A stretch of 24,809 nucleotides of DNA from Tubiluchus corallicola (lineage: Eukaryota > Animalia > Priapulida), in contig JAQGDQ010001807.1 in the NCBI GenBank assembly GCA_030141605.1, positions 1 to 24,809 on the forward strand, read 5' to 3'. Shown piece by piece: positions 1-11,499 of this stretch; position 1 is the first letter of the stretch; every line of letters begins with the position of its first letter. Below the pieces are notes generated by a model. The model did not search any database. It was not told the origin of the DNA and saw only the letters and a program-made list of their open reading frames with translations. The position numbers and the translations under genes were made by a program.

Positions 1-2086
1 ATAAGAAAGTGAAACAGGAAAAGTTAAGGTAGGTCAGCAAGAATAGGACAGCATTAAAAAAAATAGTTTGGAGAGAGAGGGTTATGGGATCAGGTTCACA
101 TATCATAGTTTTAGTTTTTTGAGAGGTGATTTTATTTTATTTTTGTAAAAGTGTAATTAGTAATTATAAGTGGTTGTGCTAATGGAGAGAATTTTTTATA
201 CTTATATTTTTAAAAAATTTTTAAGCATGTTGTGAAGGAGTCAGGAATACAAAAAAACGAATACAAATACAGGTTTTTTGGAGTCCTCAGGAGGAGACTT
301 GAGAGACGAATTTCGGCTGCTAAACTCCTCAATTCTTAAACTCTCAAGCGCAGCCAATCGTGGTCCGCTAAGCAGAGCTCTGCGTGACCTTCACGATTCT
401 CCTCTTTACATAGAAAACAAACAAATATATATACACGAACATATAACACAAGGATTTCTTAAAAAGTTTGTTAAGTTTATAAGTAGTTGTGTTGTTTTTA
501 AGTTGAGTGTTATTTAGATTAAATTTATTTAGATGCTTAAATTTAAATATTGTAAAGAGGGGAGCTTATATTTAGTAAATTTTTAAAAAATTTTTTAGTT
601 GTTTAAATTTAAACTAATGTAAATAGGAGGGTTCTTATTCAGTAAATTTTTAATTCTTGAAATCCCAATTGCAGACAACTAAGTGTTGCTAAAACTAGTT
701 CTGCAACACCCAGTTCTCCTGTTTTATGTAAATACAAATAAGTATATACTAACATATAACATAAGGGTTTCTTAAAAGAATTTGTTATGTTTGAAAGCAG
801 TTATGCTGTTTTAGGTTGAATGTTATTCAGATTAATTTAGTTAGATGTTTAAATCTAATTATTGTGAATAGGAGGGTTTTATTTAGTAGATTTTCAGAAT
901 TTTTTTAGTTTTTTAGAGTTATTTTTAGAAAACCATGGTTTTTCATTACTTTAATAGATATAACTAATTATAATTATAATTATTGATTTTATATTTTTTA
1001 TTGATTTATATAAGGTTTTTGACTGGATTTTCTGATGAGTCGAGAAGCAAATATATTTAAATGTAACTCAGAGGGCAGTAGAAAGATGCTAGAGTTAGAT
1101 TATAATTTGTTTTAGAGCAGAAGTTTGTTAGTTATATAGTGGAGTTGTTCTAAGACATTTCGAACAAAATATTTTTTACTAAAATTACAATTTAACTGTA
1201 ATATTTGTACTACAAGGGTTAGCTAAAAATATAATCATATACGTGCACTAGATTTTCAAGACTGTCAGTATCCGCCATTTTTATGTTAAAGATCTTTTAA
1301 TTATAGAGTAGAGTTTGTTCTAAGTATTCTCACAGAAATTTTTACCAAAATCACAAATATCTGTAATACATAGTTGAAGGTTTGTATTGAGTATATTTAA
1401 AAACAGTACAGGAGGTTAGTTATAATTAAAATTACTTACAAGTATTGGATCTTCAGACAGTGTCACAGCCGCCATGTTTTCTTTGTTTGAAAATCCCTCC
1501 AGATCTTATGAGACCTGTTAGGGAGGTTAAGTTAAATCAAGTCTTTTATGAGGCCTGTCAGGGTGATCTGAGCTAAAATAAGTGTTCATATATATTTGTA
1601 TTTTATTACATTACTTTAATAACTATAACAACTTTAAATTTAAAATGTCTATATACAGAAATCTTTTTTATTAGATGTTGGTTGTTAATAATTATAAAGA
1701 ATTTATGTTAATTTTAATAACTATTCTATATTTATACATTACTAGTAGGATTATTAGGATTATTAATATTTATGCATTATTAGTAAAAAAAATTTTTTTC
1801 TCATAACTTATGACAGAGAAGTCTCTTTATTATTTGATGTTGGTTATTAAAAATTATAAAATAATTTATGTTAATTTTTTAATTTTAATAAATATTTTAT
1901 ATTTATACATTATTAATAAGAATATCAGGATTATTAATACTCATACATTATTAGTGAAAAAGGTTTTTTCATGAGTTATCAGTGAGATTTTTTGAAATTT
2001 TTGATATTTTGAAAGCATAAAGATGGAATGAGTAGATGGCTGCAGTTTAGAGTATGTTAGTTGAAGAAAAATAGAGTTAGTCGGCA

Positions 2087-3537
2087 GAGCAAAGACCATA
2101 CTGAACATTGTATAGTCAGTACTCATACACCTTGCAAGGATCACACTGAACAAAATATAGTCAACACTTGTCATCAATGCAAGGATCACACTGAACAATG
2201 TATAATCACATTCATAAACAAAGCAAGGATCACACTGAGCAATGTATAGTCGACATTTATAATCTAGGCATAGATCACACTGACAATGTATAGTCAATAC
2301 TTGTAACCAAGGTAAGGATCACATTGAACAATGTATAGTCAACACACGTCATCAATGTAAGGATCACACTGAACAATGTATAATCAACACTCATAAGCGA
2401 TGCAAGGATCACACTGAACAATGTATAGTCGACACTCATAATCTCGGCAAAGATCACACTGAACAATGCATAGTCAATACCTGTAAACAAGGTAAGGATC
2501 ACACTGAACAATGTATAGTCAACACTCTTTATCAATGCAAGGATCACACTGAACAATTTATAATCAACACTCATAAGCGATGCAAGGGTCGCACTGAACA
2601 ATGTATAGTCGACACTCAATCTCGGCAAAGATCACGCTGAACAAAGAATAGTCAATACCTAAAATTGAGGTAAAGATCACATTGAACAATGTATAGACCT
2701 ATAATTAAGGTAAGGACCCACTGAACAATGTATAATCAACACTCGCCATCAATGCAAGGATCACACTGAACAATGCATAATCAACATTCATAAGCGATGC
2801 AAGGATCACACTGAACAATGCATAGTCGACACTCATAATCTCGGCAAGGATCACACCGAACAAAGTATAGTCAATACCTATAAACAAGGTTAGGATCACA
2901 CTGAACAATGTATAGTCAATACCTATAAACAAGGTTAAGATCACACTGAACAATGCATAGTCAATACCTGTAAACAAGGTAAGGATCACACTGAACAATG
3001 TATAGTCAATACCTGTAAACAAGGTAAGGATCACACTGAACAATGTATAGTCAATACCTGTAAACAAGGTAAGGATCACACTGAACAATGTATAGTCAAC
3101 ACTCGTCATCAATGCAAGGATCACACTGAACAATGTATAGTCGACACTCATAATCTCGGCAATGATCACACTGAACAATGCATAGTCAATACCTGTAAAC
3201 AAGGTAAGGATCACACTGAACAATGTATAGTCAACACTCGTCATCAATGCAAGGATCACACTGAACAATTTATAATCAACACTCATAAGCGATGCAAGGG
3301 TCACACTGAACAATGTATAGTCGATACTCATAATCTCGGCAAGGATCACGTTCAACAAAGAATAGTCAATACCTAAAATCGAGGTAAAGATCACATTGAA
3401 CAATGTATAGACCTATAATCAAGGTAAGGACCCACTGAACAATGTATAGTCAACACTCGCCATCAATGCAAGGATCACACTGAACAAAGTATAGTCAACA
3501 TTCGTCATCAATTCAAAAATCACACTGAACAAGAATA
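2087..3537. repeat. 45-bp minisatellite, about 32 units, with higher-order variant structure
   Basis: Core AAGGATCACACTGAACAATGTATAGTCAAC plus a ~15-nt variable part; for example AAGGATC at 3071 and 3116. Confidence 0.95.
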
Positions 3538-3955
3538 GTGATAAAAATTGGTTTGGATAAAGATGGTCATGGGGTGGGTTTTACGTATTATATTTTTAGT
3601 TTTTTGAGAAGTGATTATGTTTAAATTTTTGCAGGATTGTAATTAATAATTATAAATAGTTTGTGTAACTTTAAATTTAATAGTTATTCTATATTTATAC
3701 ATTATTAATAAGATTATCAGGATTATTAATAATTATATATTATTAGCAAAATAAATTTTTTATAAGTTATTAGTGAAGATTCTTTGAATTTTTTGAAGAT
3801 TTCTTTGAATTTTTTGAAATTTTTTGATTTTTTTGATTTTTTGGAAGTGTAAAGATAGAAACAGTAGATGGCTTTAGGTTATAGCATGTTAGTTGAATAA
3901 TAAATTGAGTAAGTCAAACAGCCGGATTCGACAGGGATGTACACCGTAATATATG

Positions 3956-4979
3956 TTTATGAAAACCAATGTAAAAATTGGTCCTTGAAATGCGATAACG
4001 AAAGTCGTTATGCTTGGTGTGAGCATATGTCTATAGGCTGTATTGAAGTATATCGCAAAGCAGCGGCCGACCAGCTAAGTGGCACATGGCAATTGTTAGT
4101 ATATGTAGTTTGTACTAGAGAGAAGAGAAATTTATATAAGAAAGTGAAACAGGAAAAGTTAAGGTAGGACAGCAAGAATAGGACAGCATTAAAAAAAATA
4201 GTTTGGAGAGAGAGGGTTATGGGATCAGGTTCACATATCATAGTTTTAGTTTTTTGAGAGGTGATTTTATTTTATTTTTGTAAAAGTGTAATTAGTAATT
4301 ATAAGTGGTTGTGCTAATGGAGAGAATTTTTTATACTTATATTTTTAAAAAATTTTTAAGCATGTTGTGAAGGAGTCAGGAATACAAAAAAACGAATACA
4401 AATACAGGTTTTTTGGAGTCCTCAGGAGGAGACTTGAGAGACGAATTTCGGCTGCTAAACTCCTCTATTTTTATGAAAACCAATGTAAAAATTGGTCCTT
4501 GAAATGCGATAACGAAAGTCGTTATGCTTGGTGTGAGCATATGTCTATAGGCTGTATTGAAGTATATCGCAAAGCAGCGGCCGACCAGCTAAGTGGCACA
4601 TGGCAATTGTTAGTATATGTAGTTTGTACTAGAGAGAAGAGAAATTTATATAAGAAAGTGAAACAGGAAAAGTTAAGGTAGGACAGCAAGAATAGGACAG
4701 CATTAAAAAAAATAGTTTGGAGAGAGAGGGTTATGGGATCAGGTTCACATATCATAGTTTTAGTTTTTTGAGAGGTGATTTTATTTTATTTTTGTAAAAG
4801 TGTAATTAGTAATTATAAGTGGTTGTGCTAATGGAGAGAATTTTTTATACTTATATTTTTAAAAAATTTTTAAGCATGTTGTGAAGGAGTCAGGAATACA
4901 AAAAAACGAATACAAATACAGGTTTTTTGGAGTCCTCAGGAGGAGACTTGAGAGACGAATTTCGGCTGCTAAACTCCTC
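3956..4979. repeat. 514-bp-period tandem duplication (3956-4465 and 4470-4979)
   Basis: Identical ORFs at 4008 and 4522; both copies start TTTATGAAAACC and end AAACTCCTC, with a 4-nt spacer. Confidence 0.92.
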
Positions 4980-6771
4980 AATTCTTAAACTCTCAAGCGC
5001 AGCCAATCGTGGTCCGCTAAGCAGAGCTCTGCGTGACCTTCACGATTCTCCTCTTTACATAGAAAACAAACAAATATATATACACGAACATATAACACAA
5101 GGATTTCTTAAAAAGTTTGTTAAGTTTATAAGTAGTTGTGTTGTTTTTAAGTTGAGTGTTATTTAGATTAAATTTATTTAGATGCTTAAATTTAAATATT
5201 GTAAAGAGGGGAGCTTATATTTAGTAAATTTTTAAAAAATTTTTTAGTTGTTTAAATTTAAACTAATGTAAATAGGAGGGTTCTTATTCAGTAAATTTTT
5301 AATTCTTGAAATCCCAATTGCAGACAACTAAGTGTTGCTAAAACTAGTTCTGCAACACCCAGTTCTCCTGTTTTATGTAAATACAAATAAGTATATACTA
5401 ACATATAACATAAGGGTTTCTTAAAAGAATTTGTTATGTTTGAAAGCAGTTATGCTGTTTTAGGTTGAATGTTATTCAGATTAATTTAGTTAGATGTTTA
5501 AATCTAATTATTGTGAATAGGAGGGTTTTATTTAGTAGATTTTCAGAATTTTTTTAGTTTTTTAGAGTTATTTTTAGAAAACCATGGTTTTTCATTACTT
5601 TAATAGATATAACTAATTATAATTATAATTATTGATTTTATATTTTTTATTGATTTATATAAGGTTTTTGACTGGATTTTCTGATGAGTCGAGAAGCAAA
5701 TATATTTAAATGTAACTCAGAGGGCAGTAGAAAGATGCTAGAGTTAGATTATAATTTGTTTTAGAGCAGAAGTTTGTTAGTTATATAGTGGAGTTGTTCT
5801 AAGACATTTCGAACAAAATATTTTTTACTAAAATTACAATTTAACTGTAATATTTGTACTACAAGGGTTAGCTAAAAATATAATCATATACGTGCACTAG
5901 ATTTTCAAGACTGTCAGTATCCGCCATTTTTATGTTAAAGATCTTTTAATTATAGAGTAGAGTTTGTTCTAAGTATTCTCACAGAAATTTTTACCAAAAT
6001 CACAAATATCTGTAATACATAGTTGAAGGTTTGTATTGAGTATATTTAAAAACAGTACAGGAGGTTAGTTATAATTAAAATTACTTACAAGTATTGGATC
6101 TTCAGACAGTGTCACAGCCGCCATGTTTTCTTTGTTTGAAAATCCCTCCAGATCTTATGAGACCTGTTAGGGAGGTTAAGTTAAATCAAGTCTTTTATGA
6201 GGCCTGTCAGGGTGATCTGAGCTAAAATAAGTGTTCATATATATTTGTATTTTATTACATTACTTTAATAACTATAACAACTTTAAATTTAAAATGTCTA
6301 TATACAGAAATCTTTTTTATTAGATGTTGGTTGTTAATAATTATAAAGAATTTATGTTAATTTTAATAACTATTCTATATTTATACATTACTAGTAGGAT
6401 TATTAGGATTATTAATATTTATGCATTATTAGTAAAAAAAATTTTTTTCTCATAACTTATGACAGAGAAGTCTCTTTATTATTTGATGTTGGTTATTAAA
6501 AATTATAAAATAATTTATGTTAATTTTTTAATTTTAATAAATATTTTATATTTATACATTATTAATAAGAATATCAGGATTATTAATACTCATACATTAT
6601 TAGTGAAAAAGGTTTTTTCATGAGTTATCAGTGAGATTTTTTGAAATTTTTGATATTTTGAAAGCATAAAGATGGAATGAGTAGATGGCTGCAGTTTAGA
6701 GTATGTTAGTTGAAGAAAAATAGAGTTAGTCGGCAGAGCAAAGACCATACTGAACATTGTATAGTCAGTAC

Positions 6772-7182
6772 ATTCAGTCTATTCAAAAAAACGTTTCTGC
6801 AGTCGTATACATCTCGCATCACTAACTTTCGGATATAAGGGACAATATCTTCAGGTCCCGCATAATAGAAACCCAGGTAAATTACCTCTCATATACCTCG
6901 CCTATGATCAAAACGAAATTGATCGATTTTTAACCTCAAGTTTTCACAAACTCGGCCTTCAAACAGCTCGGTTTCCGCAATCACATACATCTCATATCAC
7001 TGAAGCAGCTTCCTACATACCGTTTGCACTGAATGTATAGCAATAATGCATAAAAATATGGGTACAGGTGCAGAAAAGTATAGGTCTAGATACACCCTCA
7101 GTCTGACTCAACTTCGGCTATAAGGGACATCTGATATAAGGGACAATTTTTTTCTCTCCGGTGGTGCCCGAGGTTGACTGTA
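6772..7182 (-). mobile_element. Non-autonomous Tc1/mariner-pogo-type MITE remnant
   Basis: Terminus TA|CAGTCAACCTCGG on the minus strand at ~7180, repeated subterminal ATATAAGGGACA motifs, and a homologous fragment in opposite orientation at 19553-19682. Confidence 0.6.
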
Positions 7183-7285
7183 TATTGAATGTGATAAACT
7201 ACAGTACCACAAATTCATGAAAATGTTGACGAGCGCGTTGAACAATAACTGGCCGGACAATAACTGTACCGTGCCGATGCAGTAC

Positions 7286-7411
7286 CTTCTGGGCTTTCCC
7301 AGTAATCGTCGAATCTTACACCACTGGACATGGGTCAGCTCTTTTTGCTTCAGCTGCGGAAACATGTCTTGCAGACACAGTTGAAATTCATTCGGTCCAG
7401 AGAAAAGTGCT
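7286..7411 (-). CDS. LIN9: LIN9 homologue, predicted exon 5, DIRP domain (ALFSGPNEFQLCLQDMFPQLKQKELTHVQWCKIRRLLGKPRR)
   Basis: Matches LIN9 PLFEGDNDFCVCLKESFPNLKTRKLTRVEWGKIRRLMGKPRR. Acceptor tttttgtag|A, donor AGAAG|GTACTG, phase 2-2 and continuous with exon 4. No further exon recognised in 1-7285. Confidence 0.93.
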
Positions 7412-7442
7412 CTACAAAAAGAATAAGCAGGTGCTGTGTTAC

Positions 7443-7640
7443 TATAGTCGAACCTCGTTATACCCCCTCCCTGTTATAACGTCAGCCTCCCCATAACGCC
7501 AACTATTGCCCTGACCCGATTTACATAATATATTAAATATAGGGAACACCACCAAAATCGCATACCACCATCTGCCAACTTATCTGCTGCGCCAAAAGTC
7601 CATTTTACATAATTATAATCAATTTACCTCGTTATACCTA
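7443..7640 (+). mobile_element. Pogo/Tigger-like MITE left end, truncated or interrupted
   Basis: TATAGTCGAACCTCGTTATA followed by GTTATAACG, CATAACG and CCTCGTTATA subterminal motifs; no matching right terminus seen. Confidence 0.4.
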
Positions 7641-7647
7641 GTTATTT

Positions 7648-8052
7648 AGGCGAGTTACTCTTGACACTTCTCACAGTTAACAGAGAAGTGAGTGTTAGCT
7701 CGCAATTATTGTAGGAGAGTAACTCAACGTGTGTTTTGCTCTCTAGTGTGAACACGCTTGTGAGTTACCCAGCATACTTGCCACACTTCTCACAGTGAAT
7801 AGAGGAGTATCAACTCACAATTACTGTCAGAAAGTAACTCACAGCAAGTTTTGCTCTCTAGTCTGAACATGCTTGTGAGTTACTCGACGAGTTATTCTTG
7901 ACACCTCTCTCAGTGAACAGAGAAGTGAGTGTCAGTTCACAATTACTGTCGGAGAGTAACTCAACGCGTGTTTTGCTCTCTAATCTGAACAAGCCTGAAC
8001 AAGTTACTTCGCGAGTTTATTTGGCGAGAAGACTCGCTAGTCTGAACACGCC
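7648..8052. repeat. Three diverged ~115-125-bp tandem units, possibly a DNA-transposon-derived (Harbinger-like) element
   Basis: Recurring GAGTTACTC...GAGTAACTCA...TTTTGCTCTCTAGT(G/C)TGAACA blocks ending in AGTCTGAACACGCC. The superfamily assignment is tentative. Confidence 0.6.
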
Positions 8053-8181
8053 ATAACGCACACACTGTCGCACTGATTCACATGCGCACACGCTCATATA
8101 TAAAAACAGCCTCAGCTGATCACAGACAAACACGCTCGTCACACACACCGACGGACACAAAACGCCGTGAAGCACATTTAC

Positions 8182-8318
8182 CTGTCAATGCTGGAGTAAA
8201 ACCATTCGTGACAGATCCACTTGTAGGCTTTAGGAAGCTTAAGTATATTCCGAAGTTCACCGGCCAGTTTAAGACCAACTTCCTTGGAAAACGAGTCTTT
8301 TACATCCTGTATGTTTTG
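8182..8318 (-). CDS. LIN9: LIN9 homologue, predicted exon 4 (QNIQDVKDSFSKEVGLKLAGELRNILKLPKAYKWICHEWFYSSID)
   Basis: Hand translation; not in the ORF track in this frame. LRNILKLPKAYKWICHEWFYSSID matches the conserved LIN9 motif LRNLLKLPKAHKWCIYEWFYSNID. Acceptor tttcacag|CAA, donor GACAG|GTAAAT (phase 2). Confidence 0.93.
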
Positions 8319-8321
8319 CTG

Positions 8322-8628
8322 TGAAAAAGAAACCATACATTACTGCACATAGGAAAAAGAAGCCATACATTACTGCACATAGGAAAAAGAAGCCATACAT
8401 TACTGCACACAGGAAAAAGAAGCCATACATTACTGCACATATGAAAAAGAAGCCATACATTACTGCACATAAGAAAAAGAAGCCATACATTACTGCACAC
8501 AGGAAAAAGAAGCCATACATTACTGCACACAGGAAAAAGAAGCCATACATTACTGCACATAGGAAAAAGAAGCCATACATTACTGCACATAGGAAAAAGA
8601 AGCCATACATTACTGCATATAGGAAAAA
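8322..8628. repeat. 30-bp minisatellite, 10 units, abutting the LIN9 exon 4 acceptor
   Basis: GAAAAAGAAGCCATACATTACTGCACATAG; CCATACAT occurs every 30 nt from 8333 to 8603. Confidence 0.96.
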
Positions 8629-8660
8629 GTATGATTACGGCAATACCAAACTAAATATGT

Positions 8661-8734
8661 TTAAAGGTAGGCAGGACGATTTTTCATACACTACCCCATC
8701 TTCAAGCCCGATAAAAAGTATACAATTTAACACA
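8661..8734 (+). repeat. Dispersed ~60-70-bp repeat, copy 1 (copy 2 at 11872-11944); possible Kolobok-like DNA transposon end
   Basis: 8676-8734 matches 11886-11944 with 3 mismatches; both copies are preceded by TTAA|AGG. Confidence 0.6.
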
Positions 8735-8744
8735 TTTGCTTGTA

Positions 8745-10845
8745 GCACTTAAATTGCACTCTCCATATAAGATTTCGCTGATTGCTTATAGTATTTAAAT
8801 AGCACTTTCTGTATAAGATTTCTCTGATTGCTTATAGTATTTAAATAGCACTTTCTGTATAAGATTTCTCTGATTGCTCTTAGTACTTAAATAGCACTTT
8901 CTGTATAAGATTTCTCTGATTGCTTATAGTATTTAAATAGCACTTTCTGTATAAGATTTCTCTGATTGCTCTTAGTACTTAAATAGCACTTTCTGTATAA
9001 GATTTCTCTGATTGCTCTTAGTACTTAATTGGCACTTTTTGTATAAGATTTCTCTGATTGCTCTTAGTACTTAATTGGCACTTTTTGTATAAGATTTCTC
9101 TGATTGCTCTTAGTACTTAATTGGCACTTTTTTTATAAGATTTCTCTGATTGCTCTTAGTACTTAATTGGCACTTTTTGTATAAGATTTCTCTGATTGCT
9201 CTTAGTACTTAATTGGCACTTTTTGTATAAGATTTCTCTGATTGCATTAGTACTTAATTGGCACTTTCCGTATATGATTTCTCTGATTGCTCTTAGTACT
9301 TAATTGGCACTTTTTTTATAAGATTTCTCTGATTGCTCTTAGTACTTAATTGGCACTTTTTTTATAAGATTTCTCTGATTGCTCTTAGTACTTAATTGGC
9401 ACTTTTTGTATAAGATTTCTCTGATTGCTCTTAGTACTTAATTGGCACTTTCCGTATATGATTTCTCTGATTGCTCTTAGTACTTAATTGGCACTTTTTT
9501 ATAAGATTTCTCTGATTGCTCTTAGTACTTAATTGGCACTTTTTGTATAAGATTTCTCTGATTGCTCTTAGTACTTAATTGGCACTTTTTGTATAAGATT
9601 TCTCTGATTGCTCTTAGTACTTAATTGGCACTTTTTGTATAAGATTTCTCTGATTGCTCTTAGTACTTAATTGGCACTTTCTGTATAAGATTTCTCTGAT
9701 TGCTCTTAGTACTTAATTGGCACTTTTTGTATAAGATTTCTCTGATTGCTCTTAGTACTTAATTGGCACTTTTTGTATAAGATTTCTCTGATTGCTCTTA
9801 GTACTTAATTGGCACTTTTTGTATAAGATTTCTCTGATTGCTCTTAGTACTTAATTGGCACTTTCCGTATATGATTTCTCTGATTGCTCTTAGTACTTAA
9901 TTGGCACTTTTTTTATAAGATTTCTCTGATTGCTCTTAGTACTTAATTGGCACTTTTTGTATAAGATTTCTCTGATTGCTCTTAGTACTTAATTGGCACT
10001 TTTTGTATAAGATTTCTCTGATTGCTCTTAGTACTTAATTGGCACTTTTTTTATAAGATTTCTCTGATTGCTCTTAGTACTTAATTGGCACTTTTTGTAT
10101 AAGATTTCTCTGATTGCTCTTAGTACTTAATTGGCACTTTCTGTATAAGATTTCTCTGATTGCTCTTAGTACTTAATTGGCACTTTCTGTATAAGATTTC
10201 TCTGATTGCTCTTAGTACTTAATTGGCACTTTCTGTATAAGATTTCTCTGATTGCTCTTAGTACTTAATTGGCACTTTTTGTATAAGATTTCTCTGATTG
10301 CTCTTAGTACTTAATTGGCACTTTTTGTATAAGATTTCTCTGATTGCTCTTAGTACTTAATTGGCACTTTCTGTATAAGATTTCTCTGATTGCTCTTAGT
10401 ACTTAATTGGCACTTTTTGTATAAGATTTCTCTGATTGCTCTTAGTACTTAATTGGCACTTTTTGTATAAGATTTCTCTGATTGCTCTTAGTACTTAATT
10501 GGCACTTTTTGTATAAGATTTCTCTGATTGCTCTTAGTACTTAATTGGCACTTTTTGTATAAGATTTCTCTGATTGCTCTTAGTACTTAATTGGCACTTT
10601 CTGTATAAGATTTCTCTGATTGCTCTTAGTACTTAATTGGAACTTTTTGTATAAGATTTCTCTGATTGCTCTTAGTACTTAATTGGCACTCTTTGTATAA
10701 GATTTCTCTGATTGCTCTTAGTACTTAATTGGAACTTTTTGTATAAGATTTCTCTGATTGCTCTTAGTACTTAATTGGCACTCTTTGTATAAGATTTCTC
10801 TGATTTCCTGTAGTTCTTAAATGGAAGCATTTGTGTAAGATTTCA
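8745..10845. repeat. 46-bp minisatellite, about 45 units, in LIN9 intron 3
   Basis: ATAAGATTTCTCTGATTGCTCTTAGTACTTAATTGGCACTTTTTGT (for example at 9181 and 9227), with diverged units at both edges. Confidence 0.97.
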
Positions 10846-10934
10846 CAACAGCTTGTTCACAACAACTCACACTTTATTTTATTAGTAGAATGCCCAGCCA
10901 TGTAAGCAGATGAACATTAAAGACGAAACACCTC

Positions 10935-11262
10935 TGATTTTGGGTATCAGATGTCTAAAGAAAATCTCAAATAAAGATCAGTGCGAAAAAATAAAAGAAG
11001 AACTTTAAACAAGAAAAAAAGCGACATTTAAGATGGATTGGGCACATGCTTAGACTACCGATGATAATCCAGTAAAGATAGCTCTTCAACAAGCCATAGA
11101 ACCAGCTAAAAAATCTGCAGGAGGACAAATGTTAACATATTTAGATTTTGCATGGAAAGATCTTAAACTTCCTCACTGGTCCTTAGAGATAAATGTGCTT
11201 GGGACTTTGTAGCGAGTAAGAAGTCCAGGCAAAGGGAGGTGAACAGAATGACGTATGATGAT
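10935..11262 (+). mobile_element. RTE-type LINE 3' end fragment, frameshifted
   Basis: Hand translation gives ILGIRCLKKISNKD, KRHLRWIGHMLRLP and DDNPVKIAL...SAGGQMLTYLDFAWKDLK, typical of the post-RT C-terminus of RTE-clade elements, followed by a (TGA)n tail. Confidence 0.75.
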
Positions 11263-11470
11263 GATTCATTCATTGATGACGTCATACCATTAATTCACGA
11301 TAATGTATGACTCATTGGATGATGATGATGATTCATTCATTGATGACGTCATACCATTCACTCACGATGATGTATGACTCATTGGATGATGATGATTCAT
11401 TCATTGATGACATCATACCATTAATTCACGATAATGTATGACTCATCGGATGATGATGATGATTCATTGC
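11250..11470. repeat. ~65-bp tandem repeat, about 3.5 units, containing (GAT)n
   Basis: GTATGACTCATTGGATGATGATGATTCATTCATTGATGACGTCATACCATT recurs at about 11306, 11372 and 11436. Confidence 0.88.
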
Positions 11471-11499
11471 AATACTCTACAAAGCCTGCATGATAGCAA

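Larger units (their letters stand above)
1..6771. repeat. Large direct duplication, period 4649 bp (1-2122 repeated at 4650-6771), in the intron after LIN9 exon 5
   Basis: Identical ORFs at 278 and 4927, and near-identity by eye at a constant offset. The right copy stops within the first 45-bp minisatellite unit; the left boundary is outside the window. Confidence 0.93.

Noticed and set aside
278-517. 79-aa ORF, its copy at 4927 and the ORFs at 3937-4755
   Set aside because: No recognisable domain; they recur only because the DNA is duplicated, and none resembles the expected next LIN9 exon.
1030-1052. CTGATGA suggesting a Penelope-type hammerhead in the tandem unit
   Set aside because: No stem II closing onto GAAA follows.
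2087-3537. CRISPR-like alternation of constant and variable segments
   Set aside because: The variable parts are only ~15 nt, related to each other and recur many times; the context is eukaryotic and no cas genes are present.
6769-6778. TACATTCAGT at the duplication/MITE junction matching the reverse complement near 7028-7037, hinting at a shared breakpoint with the 19682 fragment
   Set aside because: Only a 10-bp match with non-matching flanks; too weak to support site-specific insertion.
8269-8752. Repetitive ORFs (KKKPYITAHR, MYGFFFLCAV)
   Set aside because: By-products of a 30-bp intronic minisatellite that is open in several frames on both strands.
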